From positions 4,408 through 68,407 of the forward strand of contig JAUVXK010000001.1 of NCBI GenBank assembly GCA_030603635.1: 64,000 nucleotides of DNA, written 5' to 3'. Below, one piece after another: positions 1 to 9,757 of this stretch (position 1 is its first letter; each line of letters opens with the position of its first letter). The notes below the pieces were generated by a model. That model did no database searches. It was not told the DNA's origin and worked only from the letters and a program-made list of their open reading frames with translations. The stretch is from Burkholderiales bacterium (GTDB lineage: Bacteria > Pseudomonadota > Gammaproteobacteria > Burkholderiales > Burkholderiaceae_C). The translations under genes were made by a program, and so were the position numbers.

Positions 1-643
1 CGCTGGCCACGTTCACGCCGCCCTCGGCCTGCACCGTTTCCACGATCACGGCGGCGGGCGTGTCCATGCCGCTGCCGCTGTCCTTCAGCAGGGCTTCGAA
101 ATAGTCCAGCGTGTCGGTGTCGGCGCCCAGGTAGCCGTCGAACGGCACCGACGCGCTGTGACTCAGCGGCACACCCGCGCCGGCGCGCTTGAAGCCGTTG
201 CCCGTCACGGCCAGGGCGCCCAGCGTCATGCCGTGGAAGGCGTTGGTGAAGCCCACCACCTGCTCGCGCCCGGTCACCTTGCGGGCCAGCTTCAGAGCGG
301 CTTCCACCGCGTTGGTGCCGGTGGGGCCGGGAAACTGGAACTTGTAGTTCAGTCCACGCGGCTGCAAGATCACCTCGTGAAAGCGCTCAATGAAGCGCTG
401 TTTGGCCTCGCTGTACATGTCCAGCGTGTGGGTGATGCCGTCGCGCATCAGGTAGCCCAGCAGGGCCTGCTTGATCTTGTCGGGGTTGTGGCCATAGTTC
501 AGCACGCCGGCCCCGGCAAAAAAGTCCAGGTAGCGCTTGCCTTCGGTGTCGGTCATCCAGGCGCCCTTGGCACTGCTGAAGACGGCGGGAAAGCTGCGGC
601 AGTAGCCACGGACCTCGGATTCATGTTGTTCGAATGTGTTCAT
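1..643 (-). CDS. ectB: diaminobutyrate--2-oxoglutarate transaminase EctB, N-terminal ~214 codons (3' end runs off the window)
   Basis: Absent from the ORF track because there is no stop in the window. My reverse translation from ATG (cat at 641-643) reads [58 protein letters not shown]...[18 protein letters not shown], a class-III aminotransferase typical of EctB. AAGGAGA lies 4 nt upstream of the ATG. The gene sits directly downstream of ectA. Confidence 0.85.
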   Translation of the reverse strand, partial: MNTFEQHESEVRGYCRSFPAVFSSAKGAWMTDTEGKRYLDFFAGAGVLNYGHNPDKIKQALLGYLMRDGITHTLDMYSEAKQRFIERFHEVILQPRGLNYKFQFPGPTGTNAVEAALKLARKVTGREQVVGFTNAFHGMTLGALAVTGNGFKRAGAGVPLSHSASVPFDGYLGADTDTLDYFEALLKDSGSGMDTPAAVIVETVQAEGGVNVAS

Positions 644-730
644 CGGATCTCCTTTTTCCTGGGGGTGGATGGCGCGACCCGGCCCGACAAGGCCAGGGAA
701 CGCGCGACGGGGCGCGCGAACCGCGCAGGC

Positions 731-1270
731 TCAGACTGGCACCGGGGTGCCGCGCTCGATCGGCCCGACACGGAACAGGGGCTCCGCGGGGTGATCGATG
801 GGGAACAGGTCGGGGGTGAAGTGGGGGCGCACGTCGCAGGACGTGCCGTGTGCCCGGGCCAGCCGGCGAAACAGTGCCTGCGAAGCGGCATTGTCTTCGG
901 CCACCGTGGCCGTGACCCAGCGGCATCGGGCATTGGCCGGCAAGGCCAGCCATTGCTGCAGCAGGGCCAATCCCAAGCCCTGGCCCTGCCAACGGGGAAG
1001 GACGCCGACCTGCCAGACGAATGCGGTATCGGGGTGCGCGGGCGGGTGGTATCCGATCACGGCCCCGGCCAGTTCACCGTCTGGCGATTCGGCCAGCAGG
1101 CAGGTGGCGCCGAAGTCGGTGGCAAACAGCACGTAAAAGTAGGCGGAGTTGGTCTCCAGCGTGCCGGTGGCGCGCACCAGGTGCCACAGGGCGGCGCCGT
1201 CAGAAGGTTGAGCGCTGCGAAAGCAAAAAGTCGTGGATAGGGATGTCTCGGTACTGTCCGTAGGGGTCAT
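731..1270 (-). CDS. ectA: L-2,4-diaminobutyrate acetyltransferase EctA
   Basis: Within ORF 731..1381(-). Start trimmed to the internal Met (cat 1268-1270, MTPTDSTETS...). The motif ETNSAYFYVLFATDFGATCLLAE plus the GNAT core QVGVLPRWQGQGLGLALL match the EctA family. Followed by ectB. Confidence 0.85.
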   Translation of the reverse strand: MTPTDSTETSLSTTFCFRSAQPSDGAALWHLVRATGTLETNSAYFYVLFATDFGATCLLAESPDGELAGAVIGYHPPAHPDTAFVWQVGVLPRWQGQGLGLALLQQWLALPANARCRWVTATVAEDNAASQALFRRLARAHGTSCDVRPHFTPDLFPIDHPAEPLFRVGPIERGTPVPV

Positions 1271-1499
1271 GCCATGGGTTGTTTCGGGTGGCGGGGCCGA
1301 CTCAAGCAGAGCCGGTGACTCGCCAGACCACGTCAGCGCCTGAGGGCGGGCACCGCGGTCGGTCGATCGGCGCCAAGGCACCGATCCACAAAAAACTCAA
1401 GCGACCTTAGGCCGTTGAACGATCGCCCGCCACACAGTCAAGGACGAGGCACGAGTCTTCGTCCGGCGGCGGGAGGAACAGGAAAGTCAGCCCCCTGTC

Positions 1500-1738
1500 C
1501 TTTTTCAGAATAAACCGATAGCCGTTGTCTTGCAACCGCCTTCGTGCGATTCAACCTTCTCATCTAGCATTCAAATTATTTTATTCATCATATTAAAAAC
1601 GTAATACTGAAAATACATGAGCGAATTCCCGAAACCCCACTGGGATACCTTATATCAATGAAATCGCTATTGATGATTGAAAATTTCTAATTGATGCGCG
1701 TACCATGAAGCTCTCCCAGCCTTCTCAAGGAGTTGCCC
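1500..1738. promoter_or_regulatory. strongly AT-rich divergent control region between ectA and the small ORF/maeB
   Basis: Hand count is 13 G+C in 60 nt at 1561-1620, against about 70% elsewhere. Contains inverted repeat ATCAAT(1654-1659)-N9-ATTGAT(1669-1674) and direct repeat ATTGATG at 1669-1675 and 1690-1696 (21-bp spacing). Confidence 0.4.
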
Positions 1739-1900
1739 ATGGCCCGCATCCGTGCCTTTGCCCGCCACCACCGCCACGACCTGCTCAAGACGGCCAGCTA
1801 CTACCTGTTGCACATGGTGGTGGCCGTGGCCTACTTCTTCCACGAAAAAGCCTGGGCCCGCCGGTCGGGCGTGGACCTACGGGTTGTCCACATCGCGTAA
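1739..1900 (+). CDS. small (53 aa) DUF2061-like membrane protein
   Basis: Below the ORF-track size cutoff; my own translation is MARIRAFARHHRHDLLKTASYYLLHMVVAVAYFFHEKAWARRSGVDLRVVHIA. AAGGAG lies 7 nt upstream of the ATG. G/C-rich third positions. The pattern ..LLKT.S......(hydrophobic)..YFFHEKAW resembles one repeat of the DUF2061 family as I recall it (..SL.KA.SWR....YY.HER.W). Confidence 0.5.
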   Translation: MARIRAFARHHRHDLLKTASYYLLHMVVAVAYFFHEKAWARRSGVDLRVVHIA

Positions 1901-1977
1901 AACGGAGGGGCGGCCTACAATACCGTCGCGCCCGCTTCACCATGCGGCTCTTCATTTCATATGACGGAGACACCACC

Positions 1978-4314
1978 ATGTCGCAATCCCAGGCAGACAA
2001 GCGCGCCGAACTGCGCCGCGCTGCACTCGAGTACCACGAGTTCCCCACACCCGGGAAGGTGGCCATCGCTCCCACCAAACAGCTGACCAACCAGCGCGAT
2101 CTGGCGCTGGCCTATTCGCCCGGCGTGGCTGCGCCGTGCGAGGAAATCGTGGCCGACCCGGTCAACGCCTTCAAGTACACCAGCCGTGGCAACCTGGTGG
2201 CTGTCATCACCAACGGCACGGCGGTGCTCGGGCTGGGCGACATCGGTCCGCTCGCCGCCAAGCCTGTGATGGAAGGCAAGGGCGTGCTGTTCAAGAAGTT
2301 CGCCGGCATCGATGTGTTCGACATCGAGATCAATGAAAAAGACCCGGACAAGCTGGTCGAGATCATCGCCGCGCTGGAGCCCACCTTCGGCGGCGTGAAC
2401 CTCGAGGACATCAAGGCACCGGACTGCTTCTACGTCGAGCGCAAGCTGCGCGAACGCATGAAGATTCCGGTCTTCCACGACGACCAGCATGGCACCGCCA
2501 TCGTGGTCGGCGCGGCGATCCTCAACGGGCTCAAGGTGGTGGGCAAGGACCTGAAGAAGGTCAAGCTGGTCACCTCCGGCGCGGGGGCGGCGGCGCTGGC
2601 CTGCCTGGGGTTGCTCGTCAAGCTGGGAATCCCGCGCGAGAACATCTGGGTGACCGATCTGGCCGGGGTGGTCTACGAAGGCCGCACCGAACTGATGGAC
2701 CCGGACAAGGCCCAGTTCGCCCAGAAGACCGACCAGCGCACGCTGGCCGAGGTGATCGATGGGGCGGACATTTTCCTCGGCCTGTCGGCCGGGGGCGTGC
2801 TCAAACCCGACATGGTGGCCAGGATGGCCAGCCAGCCGCTGATCCTGGCGCTGGCCAACCCCACGCCCGAAATCCTGCCCGAGGAGGTGAAAGCGGTGCG
2901 CGACGACGCCATCATGGCCACCGGCCGCACCGACTACCCGAACCAGGTCAACAACGTCCTGTGTTTCCCCTACATCTTCCGGGGGGCGCTGGACGCTGGC
3001 GCGTCCACCATCACCGACGAAATGGAGATCGCCGCGGTGCACGCGATCGCGGAACTCGCACAGGCCGAGCAGAGCGAGGTGGTGGCTGCGGCCTACGTGG
3101 GTGAAAAGCTGGCTTTCGGCCCCGAGTACCTCATTCCCAAGCCCTTCGATCCGCGGCTGATGATGAAGATCGCGCCGGCCGTGGCCGAGGCGGCCGCGCG
3201 CAGCGGCGTGGCCCTGCGCCCGATTGCCGACCTGGATGCCTACCGCGAGAAGCTGCAAAGCTTCGTCTTCGCTTCCGGCACACTGATGAAGCCGGTCTAC
3301 AACATCGCGAAGCGGGCCCAGCACAAACGCATCGCCTACGCCGAAGGCGAGGAAGAACGCGTGCTGCGCGCCTGCCAGGTGGTGGTGGATGAAGGGCTGG
3401 CCCGACCGACACTGATTGGACGCCCAGCCATCATCGCCCAGCGGATCGAGAAGTTCGGCCTGCGCCTGCAGGAGGGGCGCGACTACGACGTGGTCAACAC
3501 CGAATACGATGAACGCTACCGTGAGCTCTGGCAGACGTATCACCAGATCATGGAACGCCGGGGTGTGACCGAACAGCTCGCCAAGATCGAGATGCGACGC
3601 CGCCTGAGCCTGATCGGCGCCATGCTGCTGCGCCGGGGCGACGTGGAGGGCCTGATCTGTGGCACCTGGGGCACCAACCCCATGCACCTGCAGTACATCG
3701 ACCAGGTAATCGGCAAGCGCCCCGGCGCGTTGTGCTACGCGGCCATGAACGCGCTCATGCTGCCGGGCCGCCAGGTGTTTCTGGTGGACACGCACGTCAA
3801 CTACGATCCCACAGCGGAACAGCTGGCCGAAATCACGCAGATGGCTGCACGCAAGGTGATGCGCTTCGGCATCACCCCGAAGGCAGCGCTGCTTTCGCAC
3901 TCGAATTTTGGCTCTTCCGACCAGCCTTCTGCTGCCAAAATGCGCCAAGTACTCGCTATTTTGCGCGAACAGGCACCCTGGCTCGAGGTGGACGGGGAGA
4001 TGCATGGCGACGTCGCGCTCGACGCGTCGGCTCGACAGCGCATCATGCCGCGCAGCACCTTGGCCGGTGATGCCAACCTCCTCGTGCTGCCCAACATCGA
4101 CGCCGCCAACATCGCCTACAACCTGCTCAAGACGGCGGCGGGGGGCGGGATCGCCATCGGCCCTATGCTGCTGGGCGTGGCCAAGCCGGTTCACATCCTC
4201 ACCGCAAGCGCGACCGTGCGGCGCATCGTCAACATGACGGCACTGACCGTGGCAGAAGCCAACGTGGGCCCGCGGGCCGTCGATGGCCACCCTCCCTCCC
4301 ACGACGGCGCCTGA
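1978..4314 (+). CDS. maeB: NADP-dependent malic enzyme (malic enzyme domain fused to PTA-like domain)
   Basis: ORF 1705..4314 trimmed to [34 protein letters not shown] (ATG 1978, GGAGA upstream). N-terminal malic enzyme motifs are [16 protein letters not shown] and [16 protein letters not shown]. The roughly 330 aa C-terminal domain is phosphate acetyltransferase-like. Confidence 0.92.
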   Translation: MSQSQADKRAELRRAALEYHEFPTPGKVAIAPTKQLTNQRDLALAYSPGVAAPCEEIVADPVNAFKYTSRGNLVAVITNGTAVLGLGDIGPLAAKPVMEGKGVLFKKFAGIDVFDIEINEKDPDKLVEIIAALEPTFGGVNLEDIKAPDCFYVERKLRERMKIPVFHDDQHGTAIVVGAAILNGLKVVGKDLKKVKLVTSGAGAAALACLGLLVKLGIPRENIWVTDLAGVVYEGRTELMDPDKAQFAQKTDQRTLAEVIDGADIFLGLSAGGVLKPDMVARMASQPLILALANPTPEILPEEVKAVRDDAIMATGRTDYPNQVNNVLCFPYIFRGALDAGASTITDEMEIAAVHAIAELAQAEQSEVVAAAYVGEKLAFGPEYLIPKPFDPRLMMKIAPAVAEAAARSGVALRPIADLDAYREKLQSFVFASGTLMKPVYNIAKRAQHKRIAYAEGEEERVLRACQVVVDEGLARPTLIGRPAIIAQRIEKFGLRLQEGRDYDVVNTEYDERYRELWQTYHQIMERRGVTEQLAKIEMRRRLSLIGAMLLRRGDVEGLICGTWGTNPMHLQYIDQVIGKRPGALCYAAMNALMLPGRQVFLVDTHVNYDPTAEQLAEITQMAARKVMRFGITPKAALLSHSNFGSSDQPSAAKMRQVLAILREQAPWLEVDGEMHGDVALDASARQRIMPRSTLAGDANLLVLPNIDAANIAYNLLKTAAGGGIAIGPMLLGVAKPVHILTASATVRRIVNMTALTVAEANVGPRAVDGHPPSHDGA

Positions 4315-4331
4315 GCCCTGCAGCAACCCCT

Positions 4332-4369
4332 GGGGGCGGCCCGGTTTCTGCGGCCGCCCCTTGCTTTTT
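4332..4369 (+). terminator. rho-independent terminator after maeB
   Basis: GGGGCGGCC (4333-4341) pairs with GGCCGCCCC (4352-4360) and is followed by TTGCTTTTT (4361-4369). Confidence 0.7.
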
Positions 4370-4547
4370 GGGGCCGGATCGGGCACACTTGCGCCCTTGA
4401 ATTTCAGGGTTTACCCGTGTCGCCTCGGGAGAGCCGACACGCCCTACCCGCCGGGCCAGAATGCCGGAAGGACGCCTTCCAGCCGCGCGCGCCGCGCCCC
4501 GGCCAGTCTCGCTTTTCTAACTTTTCACTATTGGAAGAACCGCGGAG

Positions 4548-5084
4548 ATGGACACACCGCTTCGTAATGTGCGAACCAACATCGTGCAGTCGATTCGCGC
4601 CTACACGGTCAAGGACCTGGAGGCCGCCGCCGAACAACTCGGGCACCACTTCCTGTACGCCAACCTGGCCACCGCCCAGAGCAAGCAGGACGTGATCGAT
4701 CTGGTCGCCGAGCAATACACCCTGCCCGTGCAGAACGGCAAGAACTTCGATGCGCTCTACGACAGCATGACTGACGTGGTCCACAAGTCTGGCCCACAGA
4801 CCGGATTCATCGTGGTCCTGGAGCACATCCCCACCGGGCCGAAGTTCGACAAGGAAGCCCGCGAGCAGCTGCTAGACATCTTCCGCGACGTGGCCGACTA
4901 CTGGAGCGACCGCAAGGTGCCGTTCCGCTGCTTCTACTCCTTCTCCGTGGCCCGCGCCCCGAAGGCCGCCGACCTGGCGGCCACCGAAGAGCCCCTGCTC
5001 ACCGACAAGCTGGTGGATGTGAGTCCCCAGGCGCTGCGCATGAGCAGCCCCTTCAACGCCGGTTACTGGCTCACGGCGGCCTGA
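4548..5084 (+). CDS. barstar-family (ribonuclease inhibitor-like) protein with C-terminal extension
   Basis: 178 aa. The segment LATAQSKQDVIDLVAEQYTLPVQNGKNFDALYDSMTDV matches the barstar core (G.N.DAL.D.L.D). No barnase-like ORF lies nearby. Confidence 0.7.
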   Translation: MDTPLRNVRTNIVQSIRAYTVKDLEAAAEQLGHHFLYANLATAQSKQDVIDLVAEQYTLPVQNGKNFDALYDSMTDVVHKSGPQTGFIVVLEHIPTGPKFDKEAREQLLDIFRDVADYWSDRKVPFRCFYSFSVARAPKAADLAATEEPLLTDKLVDVSPQALRMSSPFNAGYWLTAA

Positions 5085-5095
5085 ACCCCGAGCCC

Positions 5096-5911
5096 TCAGG
5101 TGGTGGCGCCGCCCACCGCCTGGGCCAAGTTCACGTATTCGCTCACTGCCACCTCCTCGGCGCGCCGCTGCAGATCGAAATCTCCGGCATACCCCTTGGC
5201 CTCCAGCCAGCGGCCGAGCGTGTGGCGCAGCAGCTTCCGACGCTGCGAGAAGGCGACCTGCACCAGTGATTCCAGAGTGGGCACGTCCACCGATGGCGGC
5301 CTCTGGAGCGGCACCATCCGCACCACCGCGCTGTCCACCCGAGGCGGCGGCTCGAAGCTCTCGGGCGGCACGAACAGCACGTCCTCCATCTCATAGCGCC
5401 ACTGCAACATCACGCTGAGCCGTCCGTAGCCAGCCGAAGACGGCGACGCCACCATGCGGTCGATCACCTCCTTTTGCAGCATGAAGTGCTGGTCCTGCAC
5501 CACATCCGCCACCGGCAGCAGGTGGAACAGGATGGGGCTGGAGATGTTGTAGGGCAGGTTGCCGACCACGCGCAACCGGGCACCCGGCGCGGCCGACACC
5601 AGTCCCTGTGCAGAGAGGCTGCGGAAATCGACACGCAACACGTCGGATTCGACGACCGTGAGTTGGGGATGCTGACGCAAACGTGCAGCCAGATCACGGT
5701 CGAGCTCGATCACCGTCAGGTGGCCGAGGCGTTCGACCAGTGGCTGGGTCAGCGCCGCCAGGCCCGGGCCGATCTCGATCATCGCATCTCCCGGACGGGG
5801 GGCGATGGCCCGCACGATCGCGTCTATGATGGCCGGATCGGTCAGGAAATGCTGGCCGAACCGCTTGCGGGCCTGATGCGGCCCCACCGGCGGAGCAACG
5901 GCGCGCTTCAC
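5096..5911 (-). CDS. rsmA: 16S rRNA (adenine1518-N6/adenine1519-N6)-dimethyltransferase
   Basis: [19 protein letters not shown] and [11 protein letters not shown] (SAM motif). GTG start overlaps the surA stop (GTGA). Confidence 0.93.
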   Translation of the reverse strand: MKRAVAPPVGPHQARKRFGQHFLTDPAIIDAIVRAIAPRPGDAMIEIGPGLAALTQPLVERLGHLTVIELDRDLAARLRQHPQLTVVESDVLRVDFRSLSAQGLVSAAPGARLRVVGNLPYNISSPILFHLLPVADVVQDQHFMLQKEVIDRMVASPSSAGYGRLSVMLQWRYEMEDVLFVPPESFEPPPRVDSAVVRMVPLQRPPSVDVPTLESLVQVAFSQRRKLLRHTLGRWLEAKGYAGDFDLQRRAEEVAVSEYVNLAQAVGGATT

Positions 5912-7251
5912 CGACCGTTCTCGCGGTACTCCACAAAGGCCCGGGCCCGCAACTCGCGCGCCCAGTCTTCATAGGCTTCGTCGGCCTTTTGCTCGCGCAG
6001 CACATTGCGCACCCACTCCCGGCGTTCGCGCGTGGGCAGCTCGACCTCCCGGCGTTCAACCACCTGGATCAGGTGCAGCCCGAAACGGGAGCGCACTGGC
6101 TCCGAGACCTCCCCCGGCGCCAACCGGTTCATGACTTGCTCGAACTCGGGCACGAATTGGCCAGGCTGCGCCCAGCCCAGATCGCCGCCCTCGCGCGCGG
6201 AGCCGTCACGGCTGTGTTCTCGGGCCAGCGCGTCGAAGCGGGCCTGGCCCGCACCGATCTGATCGCGCCATTCCAGCATGCGGCGGGCCATGGCCTCTTC
6301 CTCGGCCGTCGAGCCAGGCTGCAGCAGGATGTGACGGGCACGCGTCTGGGTCATGTGGGTGGGAGGCAAATTCAGGTTGCGGTTCTCCAGCACCAGCAGG
6401 ACATGAAAGCCCGCACCGCTGCGCACCGGCCCGGCCACGCTGCCTTTGGGCAGCGCCTGGGTCGCCTCCACGAACAGGCTGGGGTAGCGGTCGGCGGTCC
6501 GCAGGCCCATCTGACCGCCGGCGGCCCGCTCGGGACCATCGGAGAAATCGCGCGCGAGGGCTGCGAAATCCTCACCCGCGCGGGCACGCCGAACCACCTC
6601 ACGGGCCCGCGCCTCGCGCTGGGTCAGGGTGGTGGCATCGGGAGAATCGGGCAGGGCGATCAGCACCTGGGCCAGATGCAGAGCGGTCTGCTCGGGCGCG
6701 CGGTTGGCGGACTGCTCGCGCATGTAGGCGTCGATGTCGAGCTCGGTCACCCGAATCTGCCCTTCCACCTCGCGTTCGCGCACCCGCTGCAGCAGGATTT
6801 CGTTGCGGAGGTTGGCCCGAAAACCCGCTGGCGTCATGCCCATGGCGGCCAGGCGTTCGTGCAGTTGCGGCACGCTCAGGCCATTCTGTCGCGCCACCGA
6901 AGCTTCGGCTTCGGTCAGGGTCGCCTCATCGACACGGATGCCGATTTCAGCCGCCCACTGGATCTGGGTACGTTCCAGGATGAGGCGTTCGAGCACTTGC
7001 CGCGCCAGCTCCTCCGGGGGAGGCAGCGCCTCGCCCGGAGGAGCCTCGATACGGGCCATGCGGTTGCGCACGTCGCCGCTGGTGATGGGCTCGGAGTTGA
7101 CCAGCGCGACGATGCGGTCCACGTCCCGCACCGCGGGCGCCGGGGCCTGCGCGAAGGCGGAACCGATGACAAGCGCGCTGGACAAGACGGCGCCCAGGGT
7201 GGTCAGGCGCCATGCGCGGCGCCACACGGATTGGTAATGTGACTTAGTCAT
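5908..7251 (-). CDS. surA: periplasmic chaperone / peptidyl-prolyl isomerase SurA
   Basis: ORF 5908..7395 trimmed to [35 protein letters not shown] (signal peptide; cat 7249-7251). SurA N-domain plus two parvulin-like segments (ARHILL.., GGDLGW). Start overlaps the lptD stop (ATGACTAA). Confidence 0.9.
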   Translation of the reverse strand: MTKSHYQSVWRRAWRLTTLGAVLSSALVIGSAFAQAPAPAVRDVDRIVALVNSEPITSGDVRNRMARIEAPPGEALPPPEELARQVLERLILERTQIQWAAEIGIRVDEATLTEAEASVARQNGLSVPQLHERLAAMGMTPAGFRANLRNEILLQRVREREVEGQIRVTELDIDAYMREQSANRAPEQTALHLAQVLIALPDSPDATTLTQREARAREVVRRARAGEDFAALARDFSDGPERAAGGQMGLRTADRYPSLFVEATQALPKGSVAGPVRSGAGFHVLLVLENRNLNLPPTHMTQTRARHILLQPGSTAEEEAMARRMLEWRDQIGAGQARFDALAREHSRDGSAREGGDLGWAQPGQFVPEFEQVMNRLAPGEVSEPVRSRFGLHLIQVVERREVELPTRERREWVRNVLREQKADEAYEDWARELRARAFVEYRENGR

Positions 7252-9664
7252 ATCGCTCGAAACGGCTCGGCGGGTTGATCTGCTCGCGCAGGTACTGGTA
7301 ACGCGGGATGTTGTCGCGCAGCGTCTGCAAGGGATTGGAGCCGATGCGCGAGAAACCCGAGAATTCGAGTTGGAACAGGATGCGTTGGTTCGCACTGCTG
7401 CGGCTTTGCTGCAGACGCTCCAGAACGATGCGACCGATCCAGCAGCCGGCGTCGTATTCGAAGCCCGCGATCAGATCCACGATGCGGCGATCCTCAAGGC
7501 TGTAGTTGAGCCGCCCAACACTGTACCAGTGACCGGGGCCCAACCCACGGCCGGCCCCGAGGTCGGGCACCCGCGCGCCTCCGAAGAGGTCGCGCAGGGG
7601 CCACTGCCAGCCCAGATCGAGCTGCTCGCTCTCGCCGCGCTGCAGGCGATAGGCGGCACTGACCACGCGGTAGTTGCCCGGGCTGTAGCGCCCGCTGAGC
7701 GTGGTCCGGACCGATTCGCGGTTCTTGGGGTTGTACTGCACGGTGCCGCCAAAGGTCCATTCGGGTGTCCAGTTCAGGGAGCCGCCGAACAGCACGTCGC
7801 TGAGCCGTTCGCTGATCGGTGCCTGACCGGGCAGAACCACGCGCTGGTCTCGCAGGCGTATGCGTTGGGCAACCCCGAAGCTCAGCCATTCGGCCCCGGT
7901 CTGCGGGCTCAGCAGGCGGGAGGTAACGCCGAGGGTCAGGGCGTTGAGGTCGGCCACCCGGTCGTGGCCACCGAAGGCGTTGGAGGTGAAGATCGTCGCC
8001 AGGTTGAAGTCCAGCGCCGAGCTGTCGTACACCGGCAGGTAGCCCTGCTCGCGATAGGGGGTGGCGGTGTAGAACACGCGCGGCTCCAGCGTCTGCAGCA
8101 CGTCGCGACCGAAGATGGTGGCCTCGCGCTCGAAGAACAGCCCCCCGTCGAGCGAGACCGTCGGGATCACATAACCCGGACTGCGCTCACGCGCCCCCGC
8201 CGGCCCGACCGCTTCCTCGAAGCGGTACTGGCGTGCATGCACCCGCAGGCCCGGACGCAGGTACCACCCTGGCGTCTGCCAGGTTCTGTCGAACTGGAAA
8301 GTCCCGAGCCAGCGGGTCCCGTTCACATCGGTCACCTGATTCAGCCCGCCGATCGAGGCGGCCCGGTCGGTGCGGAAATGCGTGACATCGCCGAGAAAAG
8401 CCAACGACCAGCCATCGATTCCGCCCCACCTCTGCCCCACGGGCCGGTAGGCCACGGCCAGCGAAGGCAATCGGTCGTAGGGCGCCACGATCGGGGCATC
8501 CTGATCCTGCAGGGTCTGCCAGCGGTAAGCCCCGGCGCTGAAGGACCAGTCGCCCCGGCCGGCGGTGAACGCGACGTCGCTGGGCAGGAGGCGTTCGGTC
8601 AGCGAGGTGCTGCTGCGCGGGAAGTCACGCCAGTAGTTGTCGTCGCTCACGCGGTTGAGATCGAGTCGCAGCCCGACCGGCCCCAGCGGGCTACCGACAG
8701 GGAGCAGGTGCTGATGCTTGAGCGACAGGGCCCAGCGGTCGTCCTTGCGCAACCGGTCGTTCGGCATGAAGGCGGCACGAACGATGCCTGCATGGTTCTG
8801 CTCGAGATAGCGGTATTCCCCCCCAAGATCGACCCCGCGGCGGCTCATCAACGTGGGGTAGAGCGTGGCGTCGCGATTCGGGGCCAAATTCAGGTAGTAG
8901 GGGGCGGTGACCTCCAGGCCGCTGCGGTTGTCGAGGTTGATGGTCGGCGGCAGGACGCCGGACTTGCGCCTGTCAGACAGTGGGAAGCTGACCCAGGGCG
9001 AACCCAGCAACGGCAACCCCTTGAAACGCAGCACACCGTTGGTGGCGGTACCGGTTTCCTCGGCCTGGTCGAATTCGATGCGGCTGGCACTGACGTACCA
9101 GTCCGGCTCCCAGTTTTCCGTTGCCGGGCGGGGGCAGGTGGTGTAGCGAACCCGGTGAGCGACCACCAGGTCCTTGCCCAGAAACTCCACCTGCTCGGCG
9201 TCCCCCTGCCCCCCGGTACGCAGGAAGGAAAAACGGGGCCGCTCGAAAAACCCTTCGTAGGTGTCGAGCTGAAGCTCCAGCGCCGGCCCCTCGAACACGT
9301 CGCCCTCGCGGTTGATGCGCACGTTGCCGGTGGCGATCGCCTTGTTGTCCTCGCGCTGGTGTTCCAGCCGGTCGGCCCGGATCACCAGATCGTGACGGCG
9401 CCATTCGGCCTCGCCCTCGATGACGACCCGGGCATCGGCCTGGCCATGGATGCGCTGCCCCGACACGAATGCCGGCACCTGGTCCTGTACCGCTGCAGGC
9501 AAGGTTTCCTGCAGCCGATCGCTGATCTGCAGCGACAGTGCCTGCCCCCGTGCGACCCCGCCCCAGGTCAGCAACAGGCAACCGCAGGTGCACAGCACCC
9601 AGCGGGACACCGTGGGTGGGCGTTGGACGGCAGTCGGACGCGCGACGCGCGAAGCAGCGGGCAT
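7244..9664 (-). CDS. lptD: LPS-assembly outer-membrane protein LptD
   Basis: Large beta-barrel-type protein upstream of surA (conserved lptD-surA-rsmA order). First ATG at 9664 (MPAASRVARP...LLLTWGGVARGQA signal); the track ORF start at 9724 is a TTG. Confidence 0.88.
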   Translation of the reverse strand: MPAASRVARPTAVQRPPTVSRWVLCTCGCLLLTWGGVARGQALSLQISDRLQETLPAAVQDQVPAFVSGQRIHGQADARVVIEGEAEWRRHDLVIRADRLEHQREDNKAIATGNVRINREGDVFEGPALELQLDTYEGFFERPRFSFLRTGGQGDAEQVEFLGKDLVVAHRVRYTTCPRPATENWEPDWYVSASRIEFDQAEETGTATNGVLRFKGLPLLGSPWVSFPLSDRRKSGVLPPTINLDNRSGLEVTAPYYLNLAPNRDATLYPTLMSRRGVDLGGEYRYLEQNHAGIVRAAFMPNDRLRKDDRWALSLKHQHLLPVGSPLGPVGLRLDLNRVSDDNYWRDFPRSSTSLTERLLPSDVAFTAGRGDWSFSAGAYRWQTLQDQDAPIVAPYDRLPSLAVAYRPVGQRWGGIDGWSLAFLGDVTHFRTDRAASIGGLNQVTDVNGTRWLGTFQFDRTWQTPGWYLRPGLRVHARQYRFEEAVGPAGARERSPGYVIPTVSLDGGLFFEREATIFGRDVLQTLEPRVFYTATPYREQGYLPVYDSSALDFNLATIFTSNAFGGHDRVADLNALTLGVTSRLLSPQTGAEWLSFGVAQRIRLRDQRVVLPGQAPISERLSDVLFGGSLNWTPEWTFGGTVQYNPKNRESVRTTLSGRYSPGNYRVVSAAYRLQRGESEQLDLGWQWPLRDLFGGARVPDLGAGRGLGPGHWYSVGRLNYSLEDRRIVDLIAGFEYDAGCWIGRIVLERLQQSRSSANQRILFQLEFSGFSRIGSNPLQTLRDNIPRYQYLREQINPPSRFERYD

Positions 9665-9757
9665 GGGCAAATGCGGTTCTGGACTTGAGGCGCGAAACGA
9701 CGGCCTACGTAGAATAACTGTCAATTATCCACGAGCCCCCGCGGGCGCTGCGCTGCC

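Noticed and set aside
731-1381. The ectoine genes ectA and ectB as part of a novel system.
   Set aside because: Canonical ectA-ectB order with typical motifs. The remaining genes (ectC/ectD) would lie beyond the left window edge and cannot be assessed.
1617-1661. 14-codon micro-ORF (MSEFPKPHWDTLYQ) in the AT-rich ectA upstream region as a leader peptide.
   Set aside because: No ribosome-binding site, it is on the strand opposite to ectA, and there is nothing to distinguish it from chance in AT-rich DNA.
1957-4386. 809-aa minus-strand ORF covering all of maeB. Similar very long antisense ORFs: 7370-9688(+), 27174-28505(+), 48944-50659(+), 50598-52601(+), 52414-53610(+), 55691-58411(+), 58777-60855(+), 60862-62352(+).
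   Set aside because: Shadow ORFs typical of roughly 70% GC DNA. Their products are R/A/G/P/H-rich low-complexity strings with no recognisable motifs, and each lies opposite a gene with clear family signatures.
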